Positions 8,263 to 17,544 of a stretch of DNA of 64,000 nt are shown one piece after another; position 1 is the stretch's first letter, and every line of letters starts with the position of its first letter. Source of the stretch: Chitinophaga pinensis (lineage in GTDB: Bacteria; Bacteroidota; Bacteroidia; UBA7662); the NCBI GenBank assembly GCA_945874665.1, contig CAMCHJ010000004.1, positions 1,169 through 65,168 of the forward strand. Reading direction: 5' to 3'. The position numbers were made by a program, and so were the translations under genes. The notes beneath the pieces are model-generated. The model worked only from the letters and a program-made list of their open reading frames with translations. It had not been told where the DNA came from and did no database searches.

Positions 8263-10137
8263 TTATTGAAGCAACGCATCCACGCTCTGCCTTGCCACGG
8301 CATGATAATTAGGCCTTGCCTTGGTATAAATTTGTCGCGCCAAAGCGATTGAACCACCTTCTTTCATAGCACGGTAAGTAGGCATCAAAAACTTTCGACG
8401 TCCCACTTCTACCAAAAAAGACTCTAATGACTTGCCAAAAATTCCGTTTAGTTGCGCGTATTTAGGCTGGTGCTTCATTACATAAGCAAACCACACACTC
8501 AAAATTTCAGCATTGCGGCTGCTACTGAAATTAAACTGCTCGTCGAGGGCGGGTATCAGCTTGGCATCAGCGGCTGCAAATCCACGGATGAAATACACCC
8601 ATTCTTGTGTGCTCCAAGCAGCGTATTGCTGCTGTGGTAGACTTTCGCCAGCGATGAACTTGCTGCGCCAGCTGTCTACTTGAGTGAAACGGGGACTAGC
8701 CGGCTTTGGACAATCAGCAGGTAAGCCCGTGCCGTAAATCCAGTCTTGCAAATCGATACCCGCCAAGGCCTCAGCACCTAATGAATCAGTTAAAATTTGT
8801 ACAAAACGCTCCGTATGCATGCTGCTAAAGGCATTTTCGGTAAAATAAGTGCGTAAAAAGGCATCGAATTTAGCGCGACCAACCGTTTCATCAATCAAGC
8901 GCAGAAAGTGGTAACCTTTGTCGTACGCAATCGGACCAACCCCATCATCTGGGTCAGTACCCGCCATATTTGCTTTTAAACTTGTTTTGGCCAACTCGCC
9001 TTTGGCTGTTAAATCGGCAATTTCTTCTACCATATCGGCGTAGCCAATTCCGGCCAGCATCTCAGCAAAATCGGGGCCATAAACAGCCTCCATGATTCGG
9101 TTTTCGAAGTAAACGGTGAAGCCTTCATTCAACCAAAAATCGTCCCATGTGGCATTGGTTACCAAATTACCACTCCAACTATGTGCTAATTCATGGGCAA
9201 TGAGTGAAACGAGCGACCGATCGCCAGTGATGATGGTCGGGGTGGCAAAAGTCAAACGCGGATTCTCCATCCCTCCAAAAGGAAAAGAGGGCGGCAGCAC
9301 GAGCACATCGTATTTGCCCCAGGCGTAAGGCCCGTATAAGGCTTCGGCAGCCTCTAACATGGCTTCCATCTCCTCAAATTCATATACCGATTTTTCGAGC
9401 ATCGAAGGCTCAGCATACACCCCTGTTCGTGGCCCAACGGCTTTAAAGTCGATGTCGCCCACAGCCAGCGCCATGAGGTAGGCAGGCACCGGAATCTCCA
9501 TTTCGAAGCTGTAGCGGCCATCGGCACTGCGCTCTGTGGGATTGGTAGCGCTCATCAAGGCCATCATGCCCACAGGCACTTGGATGTCGGCTGTGTAACG
9601 GTAGCGAAGGCCCGGACTGTCTTGGCAGGGCAACCAGGTACGTGCCAAAATGGCCTGGCTTTGGGTAAATAAAAACGGCTGTTTTTTGCCTGCTGTTTGT
9701 GCTGGGTCGAGCCACTGCAAGGCCCTTGCGCCAGGCTGCGTGCTGTAAACAATGCGCACTTCTTGAGAAGTAGGTCGGAGTGGTAAGCGCAAAGGTTGTC
9801 CCAAAATGGCGTCCTTCTCCCCAAGCGAAAAGGCCACGGGGGCACCATCCACCAACACACTGTCGATATTGAGGTCGTAGGTGTCGAGTACCAAACTGTC
9901 GCCATGTTCGGGCGCCAACGTCCATACCGCTGCCCCGCGGAGCTGCTGCCGTTCAAAGTCTACGGTGAGCTGCAGGTGGAGCGCATCGACCCGGCTTTGT
10001 TCGGGACGCGCATAGCTATGTGGGTCGGCAATGTATGGCGATTCCATGGGAGTAGTGGTTTTATTGGAGGAACAAGCGGTAAAAAGCAACGGCCAACAAA
10101 AGGCCGCAACTAATTTGCGTAGCGTGTGGTGCTTCAT
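8263..10137 (-). CDS. M1-family zinc aminopeptidase (lipoprotein / secreted)
   Basis: HEXXH-18-E zinc motif HELAHSWSGNLVTNATWDDFWLNEGFTVYFE, GAMEN-like GGMENP, lipoprotein signal MKHHTLRKLVAAFCWPLLFTACSS. Start placed at the internal MKHH. Confidence 0.8.
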   Translation of the reverse strand: MKHHTLRKLVAAFCWPLLFTACSSNKTTTPMESPYIADPHSYARPEQSRVDALHLQLTVDFERQQLRGAAVWTLAPEHGDSLVLDTYDLNIDSVLVDGAPVAFSLGEKDAILGQPLRLPLRPTSQEVRIVYSTQPGARALQWLDPAQTAGKKQPFLFTQSQAILARTWLPCQDSPGLRYRYTADIQVPVGMMALMSATNPTERSADGRYSFEMEIPVPAYLMALAVGDIDFKAVGPRTGVYAEPSMLEKSVYEFEEMEAMLEAAEALYGPYAWGKYDVLVLPPSFPFGGMENPRLTFATPTIITGDRSLVSLIAHELAHSWSGNLVTNATWDDFWLNEGFTVYFENRIMEAVYGPDFAEMLAGIGYADMVEEIADLTAKGELAKTSLKANMAGTDPDDGVGPIAYDKGYHFLRLIDETVGRAKFDAFLRTYFTENAFSSMHTERFVQILTDSLGAEALAGIDLQDWIYGTGLPADCPKPASPRFTQVDSWRSKFIAGESLPQQQYAAWSTQEWVYFIRGFAAADAKLIPALDEQFNFSSSRNAEILSVWFAYVMKHQPKYAQLNGIFGKSLESFLVEVGRRKFLMPTYRAMKEGGSIALARQIYTKARPNYHAVARQSVDALLQ

Positions 10138-10266
10138 GTGGTAAATATAAAGAGGCGAGGGCAATCTTAGTAGACGTCACGCAGTAAGGGCCATGGCTTT
10201 CTTGAGAAACAGGTGTTTAAGTTGATTTGGAGACAGTACACAGCATTTTTGGCCGAAGCTAGCCGT

Positions 10267-10318
10267 CAACAAACGTTTAACAAACACTTACAAACGTATA
10301 CAAACGTTTAACGTACGG
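10267..10318. promoter_or_regulatory. four helically phased (10-bp) CAAAC direct repeats with embedded AAACGTTT palindromes, in a divergent intergenic region
   Basis: aaacgtttaa|caaacactta|caaacgtata|caaacgttta at exact 10-nt spacing from 10271 to 10310. The site lies 28 bp upstream of the PD-(D/E)XK gene ATG and upstream of the divergent aminopeptidase. Confidence 0.3.
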
Positions 10319-10345
10319 TTATGGCTCGCGTTGCTACTGTACTTT

Positions 10346-11281
10346 ATGCCTATGCCAAAAATTACAGCATCGGAACGTACGTATGTGAGCTTTGATTGGG
10401 CCTTAAAGCGATTGCTTCGCAATAAAGCTAGTTTTGTAATCCTTGAAGGCTTTTTGACCGAGCTTTTGAAGCAAGAAATACAAGTGATCAGCTTACTTGA
10501 GTCGGAGAGCAATGCCGAAACTGAGTTTGACAAGATTAACCGTGTTGATTTATTATGCGAAAACCACCGAAAAGAATTAGTGATAATAGAGGTACAGTAC
10601 CACCGCGAATTAGACTATTTTCAGCGGATTTTATTTGGTGCCTCCAGGTTAATCTCCGAGTACCTCAAACGTGGAGCGCCTTATGAGGAAGTAAGGAAGC
10701 TTTATTCGGTTCATATTTTGTATTTTGATTTGGGACAAGGTACCGACTACGTTTATCATGGCTTGCTTGTGTTTAAAGGTCTGCGTAAGGGAGATGTACT
10801 AGGATTAAGTGCTAGTCAGCGAAACAAATACAATAAACAGCAAGCTGGAGAATTGTTCCCTGAGTATTATTTATTGAAAATTAATAACTTTGATGAAGTG
10901 GCTCGTGACACTTTGGATGAGTGGATTTATTATTTAAAAACCAGCAGTTTGCCGAAAGTTTTTCGTGCGCAAGGACTAGCCGAAGTGGAAGAGCAGTTAA
11001 ATTTTGATGCCATGACACCTGAAGTAAAAGCTAAGTACATGAAGCATTTAGAGGCTTTGAATATTTCTGAATCGATGCTTGAATCGGCTTATTTAGAAGG
11101 ACAAGCGGTATCGTTTGAGAACGGTAAAGTTGAAGGCAAGTTAGAAGGCATGCGAGCAGCACAGTGGTCAATGGTTAAGTCGGCTGCCGAACGGGGTTTG
11201 GCGGTAGATATAATTGCAAGTATTGTGGATGTGTCGGTAGAAGAAGTACAACGAATACTTGAGTCAAATGACGGGCAATGA
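10346..11281 (+). CDS. PD-(D/E)XK nuclease family putative transposase (Rpn-like, PDDEXK_2-type)
   Basis: N-terminal DWALKRLLRNKASFVILEGFLTELL resembles the D..FK..F......L.sFLnalL motif. Catalytic RVDLLCENHRKELVIIEVQ matches D...D/E..IEMQ. About 310 aa with a helical C-terminal tail. The ATG is at 10346; the six-frame ORF begins at a TTG at 10331. Confidence 0.7.
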   Translation: MPMPKITASERTYVSFDWALKRLLRNKASFVILEGFLTELLKQEIQVISLLESESNAETEFDKINRVDLLCENHRKELVIIEVQYHRELDYFQRILFGASRLISEYLKRGAPYEEVRKLYSVHILYFDLGQGTDYVYHGLLVFKGLRKGDVLGLSASQRNKYNKQQAGELFPEYYLLKINNFDEVARDTLDEWIYYLKTSSLPKVFRAQGLAEVEEQLNFDAMTPEVKAKYMKHLEALNISESMLESAYLEGQAVSFENGKVEGKLEGMRAAQWSMVKSAAERGLAVDIIASIVDVSVEEVQRILESNDGQ

Positions 11282-11373
11282 GTAACAAAACGTGTGTCCT
11301 AAAAGCCTATCCTTTGTAGCTCAGACCACTTTTGTCTGTCCCTAAATAAGCTTAGGGAGGGCTTCAAAAGTTT

Positions 11374-12948
11374 TCAAATAACACCCCTGCCAAGTAACAT
11401 GTCAGCTGCTTTTTCTGCGATCATAATGGTTGGCGCTTGTGTATTGCCTCGGGTAATGGTGGGCATGATAGACGCGTCTGCAATGCGAATGCCCTCAAGT
11501 CCGTGAATACGTAATTGGTCATCTACAACAGCCTGTGCGTCATTGCCCATCTTGCAAGTGCCAACTGGATGGTACAGTAACTCTACATTTTCGCGGAGGT
11601 ACTGATCGATGGCAGCATCGTCTTCTAGGGCTGATTGTGGCATAAAAAGACCTTTTCGCCAAGGGGCTAACACTTCTTGTTGCATAATTTGCAGTGCCAT
11701 TTTAAAACCTGTTCGCAGTAATTGCAAGTCCTCTGCCACCTGAAACACCTGCGGATCGATGAGGGGTTTGTGGAAGTTGCTGGGGTCGAGACTGACCCTC
11801 CCGCGCGACTTGGGCTGCAGTAGTATGGGTGCCAACGACATGCCGTTGCCCTTTGGTTTGTTGAAGCCGTGATCGACAAAAAAAGCAGGAGCAAAATGCA
11901 GCTGTAAATCTGGGGCTGGTAAGTCTGGCCTGCTACGCAAAAAGCCACCACCTTCTGCTAAGTTACTGGTAAATGGACCTTTTTGAGTAAAAAGCCAACG
12001 GCTGAGGTTCCAAAGATTGTCGGCTGAATCGAGGGAAGCACGCCGAACTGTACGGTAAATTAAAGGAGCCACCGGGTGATCTTGTAAATTATGGCCAACG
12101 CCTGGCAGGTGATGCTGGGGTGCAATGCCAATGCTCTGGAGGTAGTGGTGGTCGCCAATTCCAGAGCGCAGCAATAGCAAAGGACTGTGGATGCTGCCTG
12201 CCGTTACAATTACTTCTTTGCGGACTTTGATCAAATGCATCCTGCCATGCAGCTGCACCCAAACGCCTGTTACGCGGGCACCATCGAGCTGCAAGCGCTC
12301 TACTTGTAGTCCTGTTTTGATGGTGAGGTTTTCTCGACCTCGAGCTGGGACGAGAAAGGCGTGGGCAGGACTGTGGCGTTTGCCATTTTTGATGTTTGCC
12401 TGATGGATGCCAACGCCTGCATCGGCATCAGCATTAAAATCGGCTAATTCCGCATGACCTGCATCTTTTGCTGCTGCTAAATAAAGCTGGGTAAGTGGGT
12501 GAGGCTGCTGACTGCTGATGTGCCATTCGCCCGTTTGTCCATGAAAGTCATTTCCTTGGAAGGAGCCATTGCACTCTGAGCGCTTAAAATAAGGCAAAAC
12601 CTCGTCGTAACTCCAGCCCTTATTACCCGCTGCCGCCCAGCCATCAAAATCGGCTCGGTGCCCGCGCATGTAAATCATGGCATTGATGGCTCCTGAACCA
12701 CCTAAGGTCTTTCCTCGAGGCACAAAGAGCTTTCGATTTGCAGCGCAGGCCTGCGGTTCGGTGTAAAAGCCATAGTCTATTTTGCTCTTAAATAGCTTGT
12801 AAAAGGCCGCTGGAATTTTGATATAAGGATGGCTATCGACAGGTCCGGCTTCTAAAAGAAGCACTTGCCGATCGCTATTTGCACTGAGGCGGTTGGCCAA
12901 AACACAGCCTGCGGAACCTCCGCCAACGATGATGTAATCGTATTCCAT
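11374..12948 (-). CDS. GMC-family FAD-dependent oxidoreductase (choline dehydrogenase-like)
   Basis: N-terminal MEYDYIIVGGGSAGCVLANRLS Rossmann fold. C-terminal GMC signature region and HPVGTCKMG. Start at the internal ATG at 12946-12948. Confidence 0.85.
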   Translation of the reverse strand: MEYDYIIVGGGSAGCVLANRLSANSDRQVLLLEAGPVDSHPYIKIPAAFYKLFKSKIDYGFYTEPQACAANRKLFVPRGKTLGGSGAINAMIYMRGHRADFDGWAAAGNKGWSYDEVLPYFKRSECNGSFQGNDFHGQTGEWHISSQQPHPLTQLYLAAAKDAGHAELADFNADADAGVGIHQANIKNGKRHSPAHAFLVPARGRENLTIKTGLQVERLQLDGARVTGVWVQLHGRMHLIKVRKEVIVTAGSIHSPLLLLRSGIGDHHYLQSIGIAPQHHLPGVGHNLQDHPVAPLIYRTVRRASLDSADNLWNLSRWLFTQKGPFTSNLAEGGGFLRSRPDLPAPDLQLHFAPAFFVDHGFNKPKGNGMSLAPILLQPKSRGRVSLDPSNFHKPLIDPQVFQVAEDLQLLRTGFKMALQIMQQEVLAPWRKGLFMPQSALEDDAAIDQYLRENVELLYHPVGTCKMGNDAQAVVDDQLRIHGLEGIRIADASIMPTITRGNTQAPTIMIAEKAADMLLGRGVI

Positions 12949-13332
12949 ATTTCCTTCCAATGTACTAGAACACATGCAGTTGTCAAAACATTTTTTTATC
13001 AAGCGCTTCATCATCTTAGCTGTGGGTGTGAACGTGAACAAAAGCTAATGGGTAGCCATCGGTAAGCGCCTGCATCTTAATTGCTACTTCAAATAAAGAC
13101 AGGGCTATTTGGTAATTGTTTTGTAGCAGTGCTGGAGATTCAAATTGGATAAATTTTGCTTAAAGTGGTGGATGTCTTTTGCCTTAAATGCTATGAATAG
13201 TTAAATGGAAGGCCATTCTGTTTTTTTAGTTTAACTTGCATTTCTGGTCTGTGAGGACTTTAAATTCAATGGTCATTGTACATTTTTATCATCATACTCA
13301 TCATTACGATAGCTGGAGCTCGTGAAATATTA

Positions 13333-14367
13333 ATGTTGCCCGTATTTGGCGGTAAAGTAAAAGGCATCCGAAAACAAAAAGTGTTGGCTTCTCCGCATTT
13401 TTCAAACGGACAATTTCATAACCTCGTCGTTACGCCAGCCTTTACTGAAGGCTATAACATGTCGAAGGTGATGCGTGAATGGCTTTTCGACAGAGAAATC
13501 AAACGAACGCCGCCACTTCCTTTGCCTGCCATTAAAACCGATTTGCATACCCTCCAAAAAGAAGAGAATGTGCTCGTCTGGTTTGGTCATTCTTCTTATT
13601 ATTTCCAGTTAAATGGCGTTCGCTTTTTGGTAGATCCTGTACTCAGCGGCAGCGCTTCGCCTTTTGCTAAGGGCATTCCAGCTTTTGAGGGAAGCGATGG
13701 CTACAAGGCTGCGGACATACCCAACATCGACGTACTGCTCGTTACGCACGATCACTACGATCACCTCGACTACCCCACCATCCGAGCCCTTCTGCCCAAA
13801 ATAAATCAAGTGGTTTGCGGCCTCGGCGTTGGCGCGCACCTGCAACGCTGGGGCGTTTCAGCCGAGCAGCTGCACGAACTCGACTGGCATCAAACGCATC
13901 AAATCAATCCCCATATCCAACTCCATGCAGTGCCTACCCGCCACTTCTCAGGCCGTAGTCTCAAACGTAACAACACTCTCTGGCTTGGCTTTGTGGTCGA
14001 AACGCCTACTTATAAAATGTTCGTTGGGGGTGATAGTGGCTACGGGGAGCACTTTGAAGAAATTGGAGCCAAGCATGGTCCGCTTAACCTTGCCATCCTC
14101 GAAAACGGCCAGTACGACCGCAAATGGAAGTACATCCACATGCAACCCGAAGAAGTGCTGCTGGCCGCGCAGGACCTCCAGGCGCAAATGCTGCTGCCGG
14201 TTCACTCAGGTAAGTTCGCATTGGCCAATCACCCCTGGGACGAGCCGCTGCAACGCATTTATTCAGCTGCAAAACAACATCCAGAGGTGCAGCTGGTTAC
14301 GCCTAAAATTGGAGAAATACTCCAGCTGCAGAATCCCGCCCAAACCTATGCGGCCTGGTGGCAATAG
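13333..14367 (+). CDS. MBL-fold metallo-hydrolase
   Basis: HxHxDH motif THDHYDHLD plus downstream His/Asp ligands. The six-frame ORF begins at TTG 13276. The first ATG, at 13333, is preferred as the start. Confidence 0.7.
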   Translation: MLPVFGGKVKGIRKQKVLASPHFSNGQFHNLVVTPAFTEGYNMSKVMREWLFDREIKRTPPLPLPAIKTDLHTLQKEENVLVWFGHSSYYFQLNGVRFLVDPVLSGSASPFAKGIPAFEGSDGYKAADIPNIDVLLVTHDHYDHLDYPTIRALLPKINQVVCGLGVGAHLQRWGVSAEQLHELDWHQTHQINPHIQLHAVPTRHFSGRSLKRNNTLWLGFVVETPTYKMFVGGDSGYGEHFEEIGAKHGPLNLAILENGQYDRKWKYIHMQPEEVLLAAQDLQAQMLLPVHSGKFALANHPWDEPLQRIYSAAKQHPEVQLVTPKIGEILQLQNPAQTYAAWWQ

Positions 14368-14384
14368 TTAGCCGTTGTTGCCAA

Positions 14385-14732
14385 TTATTTGCTTTCCGCC
14401 TGTAAAGCATCCCAAAACTCCACTGCCCGACGCGTATGCGGAATCACAATGGTGCCGCCCACCAAATTGGCGATGCCCATTACTTCCATGAGCTCGGTCT
14501 CGGTAACGCCCAAAACATGACATTCTTGTACGTGATAGCGAATGCAATCGTCGCAACGCAGCACCATACTGGCCACTAAACCTAATAACTCTTTCGTTTT
14601 GGCATCTAAAGCACCCTCCTGATAAGCCGTGGTGTCGGCATTGTATATTTTTTGGATGGTCTTGTTTTTGCCAGCCAAAATGCGCTCGTTCATGCGAGCG
14701 CGGTAGTCGTTAAATTCGGTTACAATTGACAT
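14385..14732 (-). CDS. carboxymuconolactone decarboxylase / AhpD-like peroxidase family protein
   Basis: 115 aa. CxxCxxxH motif CDDCIRYH typical of the AhpD core. Confidence 0.75.
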   Translation of the reverse strand: MSIVTEFNDYRARMNERILAGKNKTIQKIYNADTTAYQEGALDAKTKELLGLVASMVLRCDDCIRYHVQECHVLGVTETELMEVMGIANLVGGTIVIPHTRRAVEFWDALQAESK

Positions 14733-14851
14733 ATTTTTGGTTTTAAATAGGATTCAGCTGCGCTTCCACAAGTTATCGCCATACCGAACCCCGTCATGTA
14801 AAGATGTTTGTTTTGATGGGTAATGTTAGTTACTGTGGCACATTTTGACAC

Positions 14852-14880
14852 AAAAAAGCCCGGTTTCCCCGGGCTATTTG
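14852..14880 (-). terminator. rho-independent terminator downstream of glgP
   Basis: On the minus strand, GCCCGG-GGAAA-CCGGGC followed by TTTTTTGTG. Lies 17 nt past the glgP stop. Confidence 0.65.
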
Positions 14881-14896
14881 TGCTAAACATGGTGTT

Positions 14897-17455
14897 TTAA
14901 ATCCAACGCACCAAGTTAAAATCGTGGCGATAAGGCAGCAGTTTGTTGCTTGGTGTAATTCTGAAGCCGTAATCAAACACGCCGCTGCGGTTCATTGGCA
15001 GGTTGAGCTCGTACATCACCCGGCTACCAGCTACTTTCGATGGCTTTACTTCCTCGCGGTGTACAATGACATGTTTTTCTTCTTCACCCACTTTTTCGGC
15101 CACTATAACCTCCAACGACACATCGTCTTTGCTGAGGTGGTTGAGCTCCAAAGTGATTTTACCATTGAAATTTTGTCCTAGCTGCAAAGCGTTATTGAAC
15201 GTATCGAAAGTATCGATGGCCAACACCTGAATGTTGTCCCAGTTAAAGTACACCTTGGCTTTCCAATCGGCTAGCTTTTTGGCGTTTTCAAAGCCTTTGC
15301 CGCTCATGAGGTTGCCGCGCGTTTGCAGCTTGTTGTAAAACTTACTGTAATACTCATCGAGCATACGCTTCATGGTGAAGTGAGGCGCAATGCCAGCAAT
15401 GGTGTGCTTCATGCGACTGATCCAAGCTTGCGGCATGCCAGCTTCGTCACGCACAAAATAATCGGGAATCACCTGACTCTCAATAATGTTGTATAAGGTC
15501 TCGGCGTCGAGCTCGTCCTGAAAATCTTTGTTGCTGTAGGTCTCCTCTTCTGGCAATGCCCAGCCGCCTTCGGGTGTGTAACCCTCAGCCCACCAGCCAT
15601 CTAAAACGCTGAGGTTGAGTACGCCATTCATGGTGGCTTTCATGCCGGAGGTTCCGGAGGCTTCGAGCGGACGGGTAGGGGTGTTCAGCCATACGTCTAC
15701 GCCATGTACCAAACGGCGTGCTAAGGCCATGTCGTAGTTTTCGAGGAAGAAAATCTTACCTGCAAATTCAGGCATCTGCGATACCTCAATGATGCGCTTG
15801 ATAAGGGCTTGCCCACCCTGGTCTGCCGGGTGTGCCTTACCCGCAAATAAAAACTGCACAGGTCGCGCTTCGTTGCTTACTATTTTACTCAAACGGTCGA
15901 GGTTCGAAAACAACAGGTGCGCCCGTTTATAGGTCGCAAAACGCCGCGCAAAACCGATGATGAGGGCGTTTTCGTTGAGACTATTCACCACATTCATGAT
16001 TTTGCCAGGGCTTTCCTGGCGCAGCTGCAAATCACGTTGCATTTTTTTGCTCACCGAGTCAATCAAACGGCGCTTGAGCTGCAAACGGGTTTCCCACAAA
16101 TCTGCTGCAGGTACTTTGTGTATTTTTTCCCAATGCTTCGGATTGCTTTGGTCGTGGTGGAAGGTCTTTCCAAAGTGCTTTTCATACAACTTCTGGAACG
16201 AAATGCTGGTCCAAGTGTAATAGTGCACGCCATTCGTTACGTAATCCACATGCAACTCATCTTCTTCAAAGCCAGGCCAGAGCGGCTGCAGCATCTCGCG
16301 TGAAACCCGGCCGTGAATGCGACTTACGCCGTTTATTTCTTGGCTCAGGCGGGCTGCTAAATGACTCATGCTAAACAATTCTTCGTGCGCATATTCATGG
16401 ATCCGACCTAAGGCCATGAACTTATCCCAGCTGATTTGAAAAATCTCCGAATAGTTGTACAGATAAGACTTGAGGAGGTCTTCGTTAAAAGCATCGTGGC
16501 CAGCCGGCACCGGGGTGTGGGTGGTAAAGAGGGAGGATGATTTTACCACTTCCACGGCTTGGTGGAACGATAAGCCACTCTCTTGAACGAGCTTTTTTAC
16601 GCGCTCGAGACCGGTGAAGGCTGCATGGCCCTCGTTCATATGGCAAATTTCAGGCTTCACGCCCAAGGCATCCAGGGCTTTTACGCCACCAATGCCAAGT
16701 AAAAGTTCCTGTTTGAGGCGATTTTCCCAGTCGCCACCATACAACTGGTGCGAAATACTGCGATCACCCTCTTGGTTTTCTTCTAAATCGGTGTCGAGCA
16801 GGTACAAAGGCACCCGGCCTACGTCAATTTTCCAAACTTTGGCGTACAGGGTACGGCCTGGGAGTGGTATGTTTATTTTGACCCAGTTACCATCTGCATC
16901 CTTCACCGGCAATACTGGCAAATAACTGAATTTTTGCGGTTTGTAATTGGCTACTTGCTCCCCATAAGGAGAAAGACTTTGCTTGAAATAGCCGTAGCGG
17001 TACAATAAACCCACTGCTACGAGGTCGGAATTGCAGTCTGAGGCTTCCTTCAAATAGTCACCCGCCAAAACACCCAATCCACCCGAATACAGCTTTATTA
17101 CCGAATGCAAGCCGTATTCCATACAGAAATACGCAACTTTTGGTGTTTTGGCCGTCTTCGGCGCACTCATGTAGGCGTTAAACTCGTCGAGCACCGCCTT
17201 CATCTCAGCCATAAATGCTTTGTTGGCAATTAACTGCTGATATTGTTCAAAACTTAAACTATCAAGTAGTGATACTGGGTTGTGTTGTGAACGCTCCCAA
17301 AGCACGGGATCGATGGAATCGAAAAGCTCGATAGCACGGTAATTCCATGACCACCACAGGTTTTGCGCTAAAGTTCGCAGGGGCTCAAGCTGTTTGGGTA
17401 CTTCTGAACGTACTAAAACGCGCTTCCAAACCGGATCGTTATTCTTAGTTTGCAT
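14897..17455 (-). CDS. glgP: alpha-glucan (glycogen/maltodextrin) phosphorylase, GT35
   Basis: 852 aa. PLP-lysine motif region EASGTSGMKATMNGVLNLSVLDGWW. Confidence 0.9.
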   Translation of the reverse strand: MQTKNNDPVWKRVLVRSEVPKQLEPLRTLAQNLWWSWNYRAIELFDSIDPVLWERSQHNPVSLLDSLSFEQYQQLIANKAFMAEMKAVLDEFNAYMSAPKTAKTPKVAYFCMEYGLHSVIKLYSGGLGVLAGDYLKEASDCNSDLVAVGLLYRYGYFKQSLSPYGEQVANYKPQKFSYLPVLPVKDADGNWVKINIPLPGRTLYAKVWKIDVGRVPLYLLDTDLEENQEGDRSISHQLYGGDWENRLKQELLLGIGGVKALDALGVKPEICHMNEGHAAFTGLERVKKLVQESGLSFHQAVEVVKSSSLFTTHTPVPAGHDAFNEDLLKSYLYNYSEIFQISWDKFMALGRIHEYAHEELFSMSHLAARLSQEINGVSRIHGRVSREMLQPLWPGFEEDELHVDYVTNGVHYYTWTSISFQKLYEKHFGKTFHHDQSNPKHWEKIHKVPAADLWETRLQLKRRLIDSVSKKMQRDLQLRQESPGKIMNVVNSLNENALIIGFARRFATYKRAHLLFSNLDRLSKIVSNEARPVQFLFAGKAHPADQGGQALIKRIIEVSQMPEFAGKIFFLENYDMALARRLVHGVDVWLNTPTRPLEASGTSGMKATMNGVLNLSVLDGWWAEGYTPEGGWALPEEETYSNKDFQDELDAETLYNIIESQVIPDYFVRDEAGMPQAWISRMKHTIAGIAPHFTMKRMLDEYYSKFYNKLQTRGNLMSGKGFENAKKLADWKAKVYFNWDNIQVLAIDTFDTFNNALQLGQNFNGKITLELNHLSKDDVSLEVIVAEKVGEEEKHVIVHREEVKPSKVAGSRVMYELNLPMNRSGVFDYGFRITPSNKLLPYRHDFNLVRWI

Positions 17456-17544
17456 AGATAATAAAAAAAGGATGTGTCAAAAGTAACAATTAATTAGCCT
17501 GCGAAATCCACATTTTTGCTGTGTTTTTAACGGGCATGGAGCAG

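Noticed and set aside
7878-8312. 144-aa plus-strand ORF with thrice-repeated KFRKMKKAQTAQRTAALDVF peptide
   Set aside because: It is a translation of the tandem DNA repeat. Unit lengths of 114 and 115 bp shift the frame between copies. It starts inside the tRNA and runs into the antisense of the aminopeptidase.
9443-9956. 160-aa and 130-aa minus-strand ORFs
   Set aside because: Alternative frames within the M1 aminopeptidase gene. Arg/Pro/Trp-rich junk composition.
10288-10533. 81-aa minus-strand ORF
   Set aside because: It overlaps the 5-prime end of the PD-(D/E)XK gene and the phased-repeat region. Low-complexity Ser/Lys-rich translation.
13829-14371. 180-aa plus-strand ORF
   Set aside because: Out-of-frame overlap with the MBL-fold hydrolase. 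Ser/Cys/Arg-rich.
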